From Harriotta raleighana (taxonomy: Eukaryota): a DNA stretch of 64,000 nt. Below, piece after piece: positions 1 to 11,241 of this stretch. Below the pieces are notes generated by a model, which did not search any database, was not told the origin of the DNA, and saw nothing but the letters and a program-made list of their open reading frames with translations. The position numbers and the translations under genes are program-made. Position 1 is the stretch's first letter; every line of letters begins with the position of its first letter. The stretch spans positions 168,003-232,002 of the forward strand of contig JBNZDD010013599.1 in assembly GCA_050575255.1 (NCBI GenBank). Reading direction: 5' to 3'.

Positions 1-29
1 AAATTTAATAGTTTCTTGCTTTTTTCAAG

Positions 30-144
30 ACTATAGGTTGGTGGCTAAAATAGGTGAAGGGACATTTTCAGAGGTATGGAAGGTTCAAAGTTTAAAGGAT
101 GCGAATTATTATGCCTGTAAAAAGATGAAACAGCATGTGGAAAG
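30..144 (+). CDS. MOK: MOK (MAPK/MAK/MRK-overlapping kinase) coding exon 2; exon 1 is upstream of the window
   Basis: tttttcaag|ac...gaaag|gtac; encodes YRLVAKIGEGTFSEVWKVQSLKDANYYACKKMK (Gly-rich loop and catalytic Lys). Joined model 30-144,695-784,1201-1271,2056-2134,2769-2817,2933-3111,3762-3863,5459-5632,6010-6127,7102-7305,10558-10641 stays in frame (1265 nt). Confidence 0.93.
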
Positions 145-694
145 GTACTAAAAATGACAAAAATACAAACATAATACTCATAACTGTTTGGGTGTGCATT
201 TTATTCTTTTTATTTCAATGAAATGCTTTCTAAGTCTTAAATATTTGTTTAGTGCTTGGTCGTAATGTTACGTAATTCTCAATACTAGTCAAAATTGCTA
301 TGTTTATTTATTATAAAGACTGTTGTAAAACTGTTTGAGCTTTCTGATTAACTGCTTAATGTGTGATATCCTGTGTAACCTGCACAAGTGTTTTAAAAAT
401 ATAAATATCCTTAGGTAGAATTGTGAAAAAAGGTCAAGGATAATTTGTGGCTGTAATGTGTTCTTTGAGATTGATTTTTTTAGGTATTTGATATGTCATA
501 TTTAATAGATATTGATTTATTATCCCAATTATTAATGTTAAATGTTTATTATCTGTATATTATGGAGCTTCGCCATTAAACTGCTCTAGATTTATTAATT
601 TAATGTGGATTAAATCTCAGTCTTTATAGCCTTTCACTCTTGCTTAATCATTAGTTAATACTGAAATTTAGCATTTACTTTTTTTTGTAAACAG

Positions 695-784
695 TATAGA
701 GCAAGTGAACAATTTACGAGAAATTCAAGCTATGCGCAGACTGAGTTTACATCCTAATATTCTTCAATTACATGAAGTGGCCTA
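695..784 (+). CDS. MOK: MOK exon 3
   Basis: acag|t...ta|gtaagt; IEQVNNLREIQAMRRLSLHPNILQLHEV. Confidence 0.93.
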
Positions 785-1200
785 GTAAGTATTGGACCTT
801 TACAGATTTGATAACTTTGTTTCCTCTCCCACTTCAATACTAGTGAGTTATCAGCTTCCTAGCGGGTGGGTAACAGTTGAGTGTTGGCCAAGTGCTTCTT
901 CAACTGGGTGAAGGAAAATCCGTTTTGCAATCAGGAATGTCCCAAATCTTTTCCTTGCGTTAATATAAATATCATAGTATTCAACCTCTGGTTTCTCTAT
1001 CGGTTTTTACTTCCCTCGAGTGCAAATCAGACAATGTACATAAGTTACACTAACTGAAGTTACTCATTGCTAGATGATCCAGCCTTCTATAAAATTTAGT
1101 GCACTTCAGGACATGCATGCAAATGTCCGCACAAGTTCGTATAATTTTTTCAAATCTCAAGTGTATGGCTTTCTTTTGCTCTTTGTCTATTGCATTCCAG

Positions 1201-1271
1201 CGACAAGAAGAATGGTTCCATTGCTCTAGTATGTGAACTCATGGACATGAATGTCTACGAGCTAATAAAAG
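1201..1271 (+). CDS. MOK: MOK exon 4
   Basis: ttccag|c...g|gtcagt; DKKNGSIALVCELMDMNVYELIK. Confidence 0.93.
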
Positions 1272-2055
1272 GTCAGTAGATTGGCTTTTTAAGTTAAAGC
1301 ATACAGTTCTCACAGTGTCTCATTTAAAACTACTTTTTGTCAAAAATGGTTTATTGCCTGTAGTTTATTTGATGCCAGAACCCCACCTATGATGGTGTGC
1401 AAAACTGTTATTGTGGAACTCTCCTGTGGAATTTAGAAAGTTCACTATAATTGAGAGAGATATTTGTAATTCATTCATTTTTAGAAATTTCTGGTTTAAT
1501 TCGGAGTGGCTGGCAGTTCAGTTGGTTTTCAATCCTAAAGCATTTCAGTACTGTTTCATAGCTGCTGGCTAAAGCTAACTCGGATTAATTTTTGATTCCA
1601 ACTAGATAAATAGTAGACAGAGAAGTCAGACTTGTATTGATACTTTGCTAGTCAAATGTTAGAAAGAATGGTGAAGAATTGATAGGCCAGACCCTGTTTC
1701 TTCCAGATGAAGATAATTAATAGATTACATTATACTCCGTAGGATGCAAGTAATACATTGGCATTGTTGAGAGATCAGATTCTCCATGTTTAGTTTTGAA
1801 ACTATATTATACATTAAACAAAGATAGGAATGTAGAACCTAAAACATAAAGCTGCTTCCAATAGTATCTGCTTCCACACAAATGGATGAACAGAACAAGT
1901 TAGTTAATTGTGAAAAAAAACTATGTACGGTAACAGCATTAAAAAAGGAGATTCTAGGAGATATTTGAAAGTGTGTTTGAATAACCTCATAAACATGGAA
2001 TTGGAGATAATTGTCTAATATTCTGAGTATTTTCATTGCACTCTTTTCCTCATAG

Positions 2056-2134
2056 GGCGAAGGAACCTTTTACCTGACAATAAAATCAAGAATTTCATGT
2101 ATCAACTATGTAAGTCTCTCGATTACATGCACAG
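2056..2134 (+). CDS. MOK: MOK exon 5
   Basis: catag|gg...ag|gtgagg; RRNLLPDNKIKNFMYQLCKSLDYMH. Confidence 0.92.
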
Positions 2135-2768
2135 GTGAGGAATAAATAATCACCATTAATAGTATTGTTAGAATGAATGCTATAATTATTTTCTGTTTAA
2201 TACATATTTTGAGAAACTGTTAAATAGAATTTAACGATTAACAAAATTCTTGCACTTCCACCAGTTTTGTTTGATAGTTGCAGAGGTGAAATGACATCTT
2301 ATTCTATATTTTGGAGAAATAGTAATCTTGAAGAACAATAATTGGAAGTGAGGCCATTCCATGTGTCAGGGCCTGGGGATTTGAGTACACGTCTACACCT
2401 CTAAATCCTCCTTGGATTTTTGGAAAGCAATTCCTTGTCAGAACCTCAAGGAGATCTATCTGCTTACTGCTGTACCCTCCCTCCTTGGAGAATGTACATA
2501 CTAGTTTTATAGTTTAATCTGTAAAGTGCTTTGAGATGTCTCCCTAAGATGTGATAAAACACTCTATACGTATATCAAATAGAAGGATTATTATTATTAT
2601 CATCTCAAAAGAGCGAGGAAGAATTGAACCCTCCATCCTATTATAATATTCACCCAATTAAGATTGTTGAAAGCTACTAACATATGTAGTACTCTACGAA
2701 TAGCAACATGATCAAAAAATTGATGCTGTAATGTCATTTAAAATTGTCATTTACCATGTTCACTACAG

Positions 2769-2817
2769 AAATGGAATTTTTCACCGGGATGTAAAGCCAG
2801 AAAATATCTTAATTAAG
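2769..2817 (+). CDS. MOK: MOK exon 6 (catalytic loop)
   Basis: tacag|a...aag|gtac; NGIFHRDVKPENILIK. Confidence 0.93.
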
Positions 2818-2932
2818 GTACATAATTTATACTGAGTCATGAATCAATAATTTCGAGCCACTATTTGGTGCCATGGAGTAATTGTAGTACAAATGGCAGG
2901 ACTTTAAATATATTGGGTTTTTTCCTTTGCAG

Positions 2933-3111
2933 CAAAACTTGTTGAAATTGGCAGATTTTGGTTCCTGTAGGAGTATGTTCTCAAAGCATCCATATACAGA
3001 ATACATCTCCACTCGATGGTATCGAGCCCCAGAATGTCTTCTTACAGATGGATACTATGGCTTCAAAATGGACATTTGGAGTGCCGGCTGTGTTTTCTAT
3101 GAAATTACCAG
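2933..3111 (+). CDS. MOK: MOK exon 7 (DFG, TEY activation loop, APE)
   Basis: ttgcag|caa...ag|gtgacg; [37 protein letters not shown]. Confidence 0.95.
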
Positions 3112-3761
3112 GTGACGCTCTGATTTTAAAAATTGTAGAAGAATTCATGTTGAATTGTTGCTGATGGAAATAAAAAAACTTTGGCAATTCTAGCTATTTG
3201 GTACATCAGTACATCTGCTTACCTGTCTGACAGCAATGTCTCAAGAGCAATTCAAAAGACACCAGTGGATCATTAATTCTTAACTGATGCTGAAAACCTT
3301 TAAAACCCACTGGCCTGATTTGGAGAATTGCACCTTGGTGGTGGGCCCCAGCAGATGGAGCAGCTCAAACAGTAAGGACAAGGAGCACTGGGAAAACCGG
3401 AACCCGAGGCAAAACTCATGCTAGTTGCAAAGTACTATTCATTGTTGGCGCTGACATGAAATATCAGAAGTGTGCCTTCTATCAATGTTTCTACTCATTG
3501 CAGTAATTGGCAGCATGACTGGCAATTTGCATGAAATTGTACTGTGGAATCTGTATCTAGAGATGAAGGGTAGTACAATAACTTACAGCACCAACAGTGC
3601 CAGCCATTGTGCATCTCAAGCAAGCTTGAACCCAATGAAATGTATAGAAGTCTTATCCCATCCCTACAAGTTTTTGGGTTCTATCAAAACTCTCATCTTC
3701 AATGTATTAAAACACAGATTTCATCAAAACTGATTTAAAAGTTAATGCTTTATCCTTTCAG

Positions 3762-3863
3762 CTTGCATCCACTTTTTCCTGGTTCTAATGAAGTGGACCA
3801 AATTTCAAAAATCCATGATATTGTTGGAACTCCAAAGGGCGATATCCTCAGAAAGTTTAAGCA
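3762..3863 (+). CDS. MOK: MOK exon 8
   Basis: tttcag|c...ca|gtaagt; LHPLFPGSNEVDQISKIHDIVGTP. Confidence 0.93.
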
Positions 3864-4871
3864 GTAAGTGGAGATTCTGAATTCTAATATGTTTGATAGC
3901 CTGGATGAGTATCTGGATCTTGTCATATGTAGCATTTAAAGTTGTGTTTCACCACTAAAACTCAGTTCAGCTGACTATAAACATTATAGCAGTTTTTATT
4001 TAATTCTGTTGTTTTCCCAATGAGCATGATTATGTCTAGGATGTTTGCTGTGGTTTTACTAAAGCATCTTTTAGTTTCTGCAATAGTTTATGACTCATGA
4101 GAGCTTAGAAATGCATGATAAGATTGATTTTCAGGAAGGACCATCAGATTGGTTCTGATGAGGAAATGTTTATCTACCCCAACGATACTTTACATTTAGT
4201 ATTGATGTACACAGAAGAGATGCAGAGCAAGGTACAGTTAATTCTTTTTAAGGCTTACTTCTATTTTAGTGGAACCTACATAATTTAGCTTTTTGACTGC
4301 ACACTAATTTGAGTTAGAAATTGCAAAATAATAGTGAAGCAGTTCAAATGTTTCAGCCTAAAGTTGCTTGGCTAAGCCATTAAATGAAATTGAATAGAAA
4401 AGAATCCCATGCTTGCTCCTTCCAATGAAAGAATAGTTTATTGTTTGTTAGTTTGTTTCATCTTATTGTTTTTAAATCCCTTCCTTGCCTGAAAGCATTG
4501 ATTTATCTTGAGATTCTTCAGGTGTTTCCTTTCATTCTTCCTCTTCACCTGGAAGCCAGACATTGTCAGCAGGTTATTCAAGCTCAGATTCCTACCAGAA
4601 AACATTATTTACTCAAAACAATACATATCCTTACTTACCTCCCTCAGTCTTCATTCCGATAATCATCCAACTTTGAAAATGCCCTGAACTATTTCATGAT
4701 GTACTCTTTTTAGCCTATATATTATTGTACTGTAAGCGTTGCTCTTTGTATTTTTATTGAGAGCCCAAGAAAGAATTGGTTTAAATTTATTTCTAGAATT
4801 GATAANGTTATCCTGAGTAAGTTATTTTAATGTGGAGAAATTTAAATCTTATGGTCACCATTTGATATATG

Positions 4872-5202
4872 TGGAGCTCCTGTGGCTCAGTGGTTAGAGC
4901 ACTCGCCTTACATGCCTTACAAGCATGAGGCCTGTGTTCGAATCCAGGCAGATCAGGGCGAAACCTTGGGCAAGTTTCCTTACTCCACATGCCTAATAAT
5001 AATCCCTCCAAAAAAACTACAATAATAAAATTGGTCATTTCAATCCATGACTGTTTGTGGGACACTGCTGTGCGCAATTGGCTGCTGCGTTTCGCCCACA
5101 AATATACAGTCAATTCACTTTACAGTATACTCTGTGAAGCGCTTTGGGACGTTGATAAGATGTGAAAATCGCTACATCAAATGCAATTATTATTATTATT
5201 AT
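4872..5202 (+). mobile_element. full-length tRNA-derived SINE (Deu-domain core, L2-like 3' tail)
   Basis: A box TGGCTCAGTGGTTAGAGC, B box GTTCGAATCC, core ctgtttgtgggacactgctgtgcgcaattggctgc, tail gtgaagcgctttgggacg...atcaaatgcaa(TTA)n; many homologous copies in the window. Confidence 0.85.
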
Positions 5203-5458
5203 ATGCAAAATCAAAATGTCTTAAATATAAGATGCCCCTGTGTGATTTTCCCTCTTGGTAAATTTGACTTGAAATTGTTTGAAGTGAAAATGATCCCGCA
5301 AGATAGGTGATGGGATATTCTCCAAATAGTGAGATTCCAAAAATGATAAATGTGATAATATAATTTAAGGCAAGTATTGAAACAGTTGTTGAGCTTTTAA
5401 AATAGTGTTAGCAATTTGAATATTAATTGGATATAATTTTATACAACTTGCTATTTAG

Positions 5459-5632
5459 AACACGCGCTATGAATTTTGACTTTCCACCAAAGAAAGGCAC
5501 AGGAATACCTTGCCTTGTTCCTCACGGCTCCACTGACTGTATTTCCCTGATGCTTGCGATGATGGAGTATGACCCTGATAAGAGAATCACTGCCAAGCAG
5601 GCATTACAGCATCCTTACTTCCGAGATCTGAG
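5459..5632 (+). CDS. MOK: MOK exon 9 (end of kinase domain)
   Basis: atttag|a...ag|gtgagc; RAMNFDFPPKKGTGIP...YDPDKRITAKQALQHPYF. Confidence 0.93.
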
Positions 5633-6009
5633 GTGAGCCAAATCTCCAATTAGTGGAGCACTCACATGATTAAATCCATCCTTAACTGAAATGATTTCTT
5701 ACATTGTTAACATTTTGTACGTCAAATTGAAGTTATAATGTCACGATCTCATTAAGAAATTACTTGTGCTTTTTTTTAAAAACCTATGGTGGTGGGTGAA
5801 GAAGCATTCTGTGAGAAGATTTACAAATTTATTGAGTCGTAAAATTTGTTACTGACGAACAGGAAAGTGGTCCCAGTGACTAACAATATCAGTGATTATG
5901 CATCCTCAGCAAAGAGAAATAGATGAAATTATTTGGAATGGACAATGATGAACACTAGCCTGTGTCGTAACAGACAAAGAAGATTGATTTTGTAATTTCT
6001 CATCTGTAG

Positions 6010-6127
6010 AATGGCAGAGAAGCAGGCTGCCAATTTACAGAGAACAGTTAGAGGCTTTGAAGATGAGAACAATGTAACTCAAGGTGTGATGCATAACCTT
6101 TGGCGAATTCATAAGGGACGAAGACGG
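6010..6127 (+). CDS. MOK: MOK exon 10
   Basis: ctgtag|a...cgg|gtaaga; MAEKQAANLQR...LWRIHKGRRR, phase-consistent with its neighbours. Confidence 0.82.
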
Positions 6128-7101
6128 GTAAGAAGGAAACATTGCAGCTTGATTCCCTCAGTTTGCCAATGCCCAAGTCAAGATTCGTTTAACATTTTTA
6201 AAAGGTTCATTTTGGTTTGGGTTTGCATAGGAAATGAAAACAGGATATTTATGTCTGAACCAAAGATTTTTTTTGGTGGGGTGAGAAAACAACGTGGGTT
6301 AAGATGACAATTAAAGCACTATTATGCCATAGTTATTTTTTTTCAGCTGCAAATTTAGACTTTAAAAAAGGGGAACATTTTAGCTATGTGTGAAACCTGC
6401 GACCAACCATTCCTTTTTGTCTCCAGTTGAAATTTCTAACCAAAAGGAGTGAAATCAGGACCCACTATGAATTAGATGGTGTGTACCTGACCATTTGTAG
6501 GAAAGGCATTCTTGAAGGAAGTACATATTTTAAAATATTAGTAGGATCTCACAAGGAGATACAAAATCATGTTCAGAAAGCTTTACCCTTTTGTAAGTAG
6601 AAAAATGCAGATCCTGAAAATGGGAGAAAAGAACTGAAATAGACAATTGCAAGCACTTCCACAGATTGCACCTATTGGTTCTGGTTGAAAATGTCTTCAT
6701 GTCTTAAAGGGTCAATTGGATTACTGTACTTACTCTTTGGTCCGTGGAAAATAACAGATTTATTAATATAAACAGTAAAATGGAACATTATTTTACTGGA
6801 CATATTGCAATGTTTTGGCAAACAACAGATTAAAGAAAAAAAAGTAAATTCTGTAGAGCCATCATTAAAAATCTAATTCTAACCCCTAAAAAAATACAAA
6901 TTTACATTCACGTTAGGAGTTTATCCAGAAACATTTAAATGTACTGTATTAAGTTATTGTGCAAAACTATATATTTTACTGAAATTGGTGAACAATGGCA
7001 TTGAGTGGGTAAGGAATATATAAGCGCAATTTTTTATATGTATAGTATGTACAGGAATTGAATTTTTAAAAATTGCTATAAAACCCTTTTTAAATTTCCA
7101 G

Positions 7102-7305
7102 CACCACAAATATCCAATGCAACCTGCAAGACACCAGGTTCCTACTTACCCTTTGGAGTTGCCAAAGCTGAATGTGTCTGGTACAGCAAAGATATGCGCT
7201 TACCCAAATCACAACGTAAAAACCGTCTTTCCAACAGTCCCAGTGTCAGAGAATGGAACTCTACCCCAAGTGCAACCAGTACAGTTTATTGGAAAAAATA
7301 GTAAG
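7102..7305 (+). CDS. MOK: MOK exon 11
   Basis: ttccag|cac...aag|gtaaga; contains YPLELPKLNVSG (compare mammalian YVMELPKLKLSG). Confidence 0.85.
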
Positions 7306-7820
7306 GTAAGAATTTCTGGGTATTTTACTTGGATTCTAATCAGAGAAGCACTTTCACAAGAAGAGAACAATAAATTTTCCACATGATGTCTGGGCACTGT
7401 TCAGATTACAGGTCACGTCAGATAATCCAGCATCACCGAATCACAAATACATTGATTCTATTCTCCAATAAGATTGATTATTTGACATTGCCTAACAATA
7501 GTCCTAATTTCTTCAAATAAAAGGATACATACCATGGATAGTTAGCTTACCCCACCTGGAAAATCATAGGAACACATATTCCTTTTAGGTGTTGTAACTG
7601 AAATTAACTGACCCATCTCCGTTAGATCCCTCCAGGCAGTCATTTTCAGTTATTTTGGACTGCACAAGACCGCCATTTTTTAGCACATTTTTTAACAAGG
7701 ATTACTTCTCAAAAATAAGAGGGGGTGTTACATTGTAGCACATAACAAGCCAAGCAAAGGTTTGTTATTCTCCTCTAGTTTATTTACTTCACCTCAAAAT
7801 GGTGACTCTGGAATATGGCT

Positions 7821-7942
7821 CTGGGCTAATGACCCAAATGAGCCTACACAGCAGGTGTTGCCAGGCTATTTGATAGTGGAACTGGGCTAATGACCCAAAT
7901 GAGCCTACACAGCAGGTGTTGCCAGGCTATTTGATAGTGGAA
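7821..7942. repeat. perfect 2 x 61-bp direct tandem duplication
   Basis: ctgggctaatgacccaaatgagcctacacagcaggtgttgccaggctatttgatagtggaa at 7821-7881 and 7882-7942. Confidence 0.95.
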
Positions 7943-10557
7943 ACCATCAGGAGAAGTAAATCAGGGCTAACATCAGACTCCATCCACCTTATAACTCACA
8001 AATAGAAAGCTACCTAGCATGGGCACAGAGTGATATCCAAGAATGCAGCACTTGTTGATGTTTCAGTTATTTTCTTTTAGGTAAGATGATAAACCCACCT
8101 GTATTGTCCCACTGTCGCCTCAGCTGAAATTGCTGAAGTCAGTGCAGAGCAGTGACAGAACCGTAGAATTATTGAACTATCTGCAAAGGTTACAGGGGGG
8201 CCTTTTACAAGGTGATTTAAAAATGTATCTATCAGTAGGTAAAACACAAACAAAAGCATCTCAAAAATGTACAGTCATTCCTAATAAGCTGATGAAACAA
8301 GATTTTGAGAAGGTTGACAGGACCCTTAGTACCATCAGGTGTTCAGGAAGCCAAAGCTTCCCTAGAACCTGTGGGTATATAAACAAAGGGTCATTAGAGT
8401 TGTTTCTATTTTTTTTTATTTCTCTTCCCCCTCCCCCCACCCCCACCCTCAATCCTACACACAGGAAGACTCCATTGAATCTCGCTTCTCTTCAGAACAA
8501 GGCTGTGTCAATCAGGAAGACCACTGATGGCTAAAGATAATTTAGTTTAGGTAAGATGATAGTTTTGAATATTTCACATCAACAATTCAAAATAGATAGG
8601 TCTACAGGGGGCAATTGGGCTACCTTTATCCATCGTAAGAATAAAAGAAATCATACAGCTTTTCACCACATTGACAAGAATGGACTGAGCAGTAGTAATA
8701 TCCCTAATGAGTTCCAGGAGCAAAGATCCAGATTCAAATGATCATTTCCTATGAACTGATGTATACTGCCGAGGCCTGAGGCATTTGCTTGCATAGATGT
8801 TGTGAATTGTGTTGCAAAGCATTGCATTTCTAGACAGAAGGTAAATATTCAAGTAGAACTCTGTACACATCTATTTTATATAATGTATAATAGGCTGAAT
8901 GAAATTGCAAAACATCTTGTTAATTTGAACATCATCAGATACCAGCAATTTAAATAGAGGTGAATAGATCTTTTAAGAATAAACATTTTATTGTTCAGTG
9001 GCACTGCCAAAGGAAAATTGAGGGATTTTTAATTCAGTTTCAATTTTAAGAAACTTTTGGAAGTACAGGTACTTATAAAATTCACCTGAAATTTGGAAAA
9101 TTGATTTTAGCTGTTCCTTATCCACCTAAACAGATCCAATCTCACCGACAGTGAGGTGCAATATTAAGGAATAAAGCCCAGAATATAGCAGGTTCAAACC
9201 CAAATATGCAATGATCTGTGCTTGAGCAGGAATTGGGGGGGGGGGGATCCTGTGCAGTACCCTTATGTAGGGAATTAAAATCAGGCGAGATTTCCATTCC
9301 TAATTAGCGTCTAGATATTTGGTGCTGCATTTTGTATCGATGGATGTTGGATGTGTGCAGTCTTGGGCTTGGCTGCATTATCCTCACAATCAAACACTCA
9401 GTCAAGGAATTGGATGAGTTTCCAAAGATTATGCAGCCCCTGCAGGAAACCACACAGAGGAGAAATAATTGTTTAAAAATGTACACTTTTTATTTAAAAA
9501 ATGGTTAGTTTATGACTTATGACTAGTTTATTTGTGACTTCTACAAGTTGTATAGGATTTCAGAAACAAAGGGATGATTTATAACAGCACATCAAATCTG
9601 TTATAGAATTTCAGTTGATATTTAATTCGGTGGTCTCACAGCTTTCGGGCAAGTCTGGTTTTATAGGGCTTTTTAAAAGATTAGGATGAGAGCAGGAGAA
9701 ATATATAATTTTAGCAACTTAAGAAGCTATATCTTAAATTTTGTTTTACAGGATCCTGCCTGAGTTAAGCTCCCAGTAGGCTCTGTGAAGCACACAGAGA
9801 CATCTTCATGATAATCTATCAATATAGTATTGTTGTAGTGAAACTTCATCAGTGGTAGTGAAAGTAAAAAGATTGGATGGAGCTCAAGTTGCTATTAGAA
9901 AAGTGCCAATGGCTTGTTTCTTTTGTTATCTCGGAATACATTTGAAGTAGAAGGTTGATTATTCACCTTGGTTTTAGTATACCGTTTCAGGCAGAAAGTC
10001 TAAAGTCTAAATCAAGAAATTATATCATAACTTATACCTCTAGTTCCTCCCTTTCTCTTCCACCTAAGACCACAATGGCTACTTAAACCCATTTCCCTTC
10101 ACTTTTAAATATAGTGACATACACGCATCTGATCATAAAACCACGTGTCAGTGTTGTTTCTGGTTGAAATTACTGAATTGAACACCTGGTAAATTGCTCC
10201 TGGAGCAAGACCAAAAACCTAAATAAAAGTTCTTGGAAGGAATAATCATTCTTGCGATTTCCTGAGTTGAATAGCTTTCCTTGTCCATGGTATGTGTCAA
10301 TATTTAACAGCAGCAATGGGACATCCGATATTTCCAGTGTGCACAATGAAAAATGCATAATTTCTTGCAACATTTTGTGCAGTGTTTGCTGAAGTGGAAA
10401 AAACACAGCAAGTTTTAAAACAAAAATTGCTAATCATTTTGTACTTGTAATGCTGCATCGCACAAATGCAGTAGTTTGTTTCAGGTTCCAAATTAGTTTG
10501 TTTCAGTTAATGTTGTTCTTATGGTATTCATTCCTAAATTCTCATTTATATATCCAG

Positions 10558-10641
10558 CAGCCAGGACATTACGGACAACGGGAACCTACTATGAAACATT
10601 ACAGTTTGCCTTCCATAGAAAAAAAGGGCGGTCACTACTGA
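10558..10641 (+). CDS. MOK: MOK last coding exon 12
   Basis: tandem acceptor tatcCAG CAG; (Q)PGHYGQREPTMKHYSLPSIEKKGGHY*, similar to the mammalian C-terminus LPTIVRKGGR. Confidence 0.82.
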   Translation, partial: QPGHYGQREPTMKHYSLPSIEKKGGHY

Positions 10642-11228
10642 GATCGATTATTGTACAAGAGTAATTCAAGAACTATTCTTTTACACTTCAAAGATCTTCT
10701 GTACTGTTACGAAAAGAAGAAACACATTTACAAAGACCTTGCTTAATAGTCTTCCATTCGGCAAAAATCAGGTACCTCTTGTGCCTTATTTTTCACAGCT
10801 TTTAAATCAAGTGACACTAGCACAAACCAACACAGGACTACAATCAAGCATTTGTTCAGTTGATCCTGGGAGATATTTTTTAAAAATTAACAAATTATTT
10901 TACAATCAACAACAGTTTAGATAAACTAAACTGTACAAGTGATTTATGAAAAAAATGGGCATTTCATATCTAAAACTTGGTACATTTTATTAGTTATTGT
11001 ATCAAAAGGGGAGGAGAAAAATCTGTTGAGAATATGGTTTAATGCTGTTGGATTAAATTATTCGGTGATGAAAATAGCTGAAGAAATCAGTTAATATTTG
11101 TGAACAGTTATAAATTTATTTCTTCCCTACCAGTCACCCAAATTATATAAATTGTAGCAGGAATTATTCTGTAAACTATTAGGCTATTGCCTATTGCTAT
11201 TGCCTCAAGGCATTAGTTGTCCCAACAA

Positions 11229-11241
11229 AATAAAAAATAAA
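11229..11241 (+). terminator. candidate MOK polyadenylation signals (two AATAAA)
   Basis: AATAAA at 11229-11234 and 11236-11241, about 600 nt after the MOK stop. Confidence 0.45.

Noticed and set aside
4806-4806. Single N base (another at 42016)
   Set aside because: Assembly ambiguity, not a biological feature.
4872-4950. tRNA-like sequence with A and B boxes (also at about 45720-45796, 46009-46070, 47169-47235, 56066-56130)
   Set aside because: These are SINE heads: there is no closed acceptor stem and each runs into the SINE core and L2-like tail, so they are not tRNA genes.
7821-7942. Direct repeat as a possible CRISPR-like array
   Set aside because: Only two abutting units with no spacer, in a vertebrate intron, and no cas genes.
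8130-8534. 134-aa plus-strand ORF in MOK intron 11
   Set aside because: Non-ATG start, no recognisable domain, includes low-complexity T and C runs, and is not needed for the MOK model.
30-10641. U12-type (minor) introns in the MOK kinase gene
   Set aside because: None of the ten donors matches RTATCCTT; all are ordinary U2-type GT-AG.
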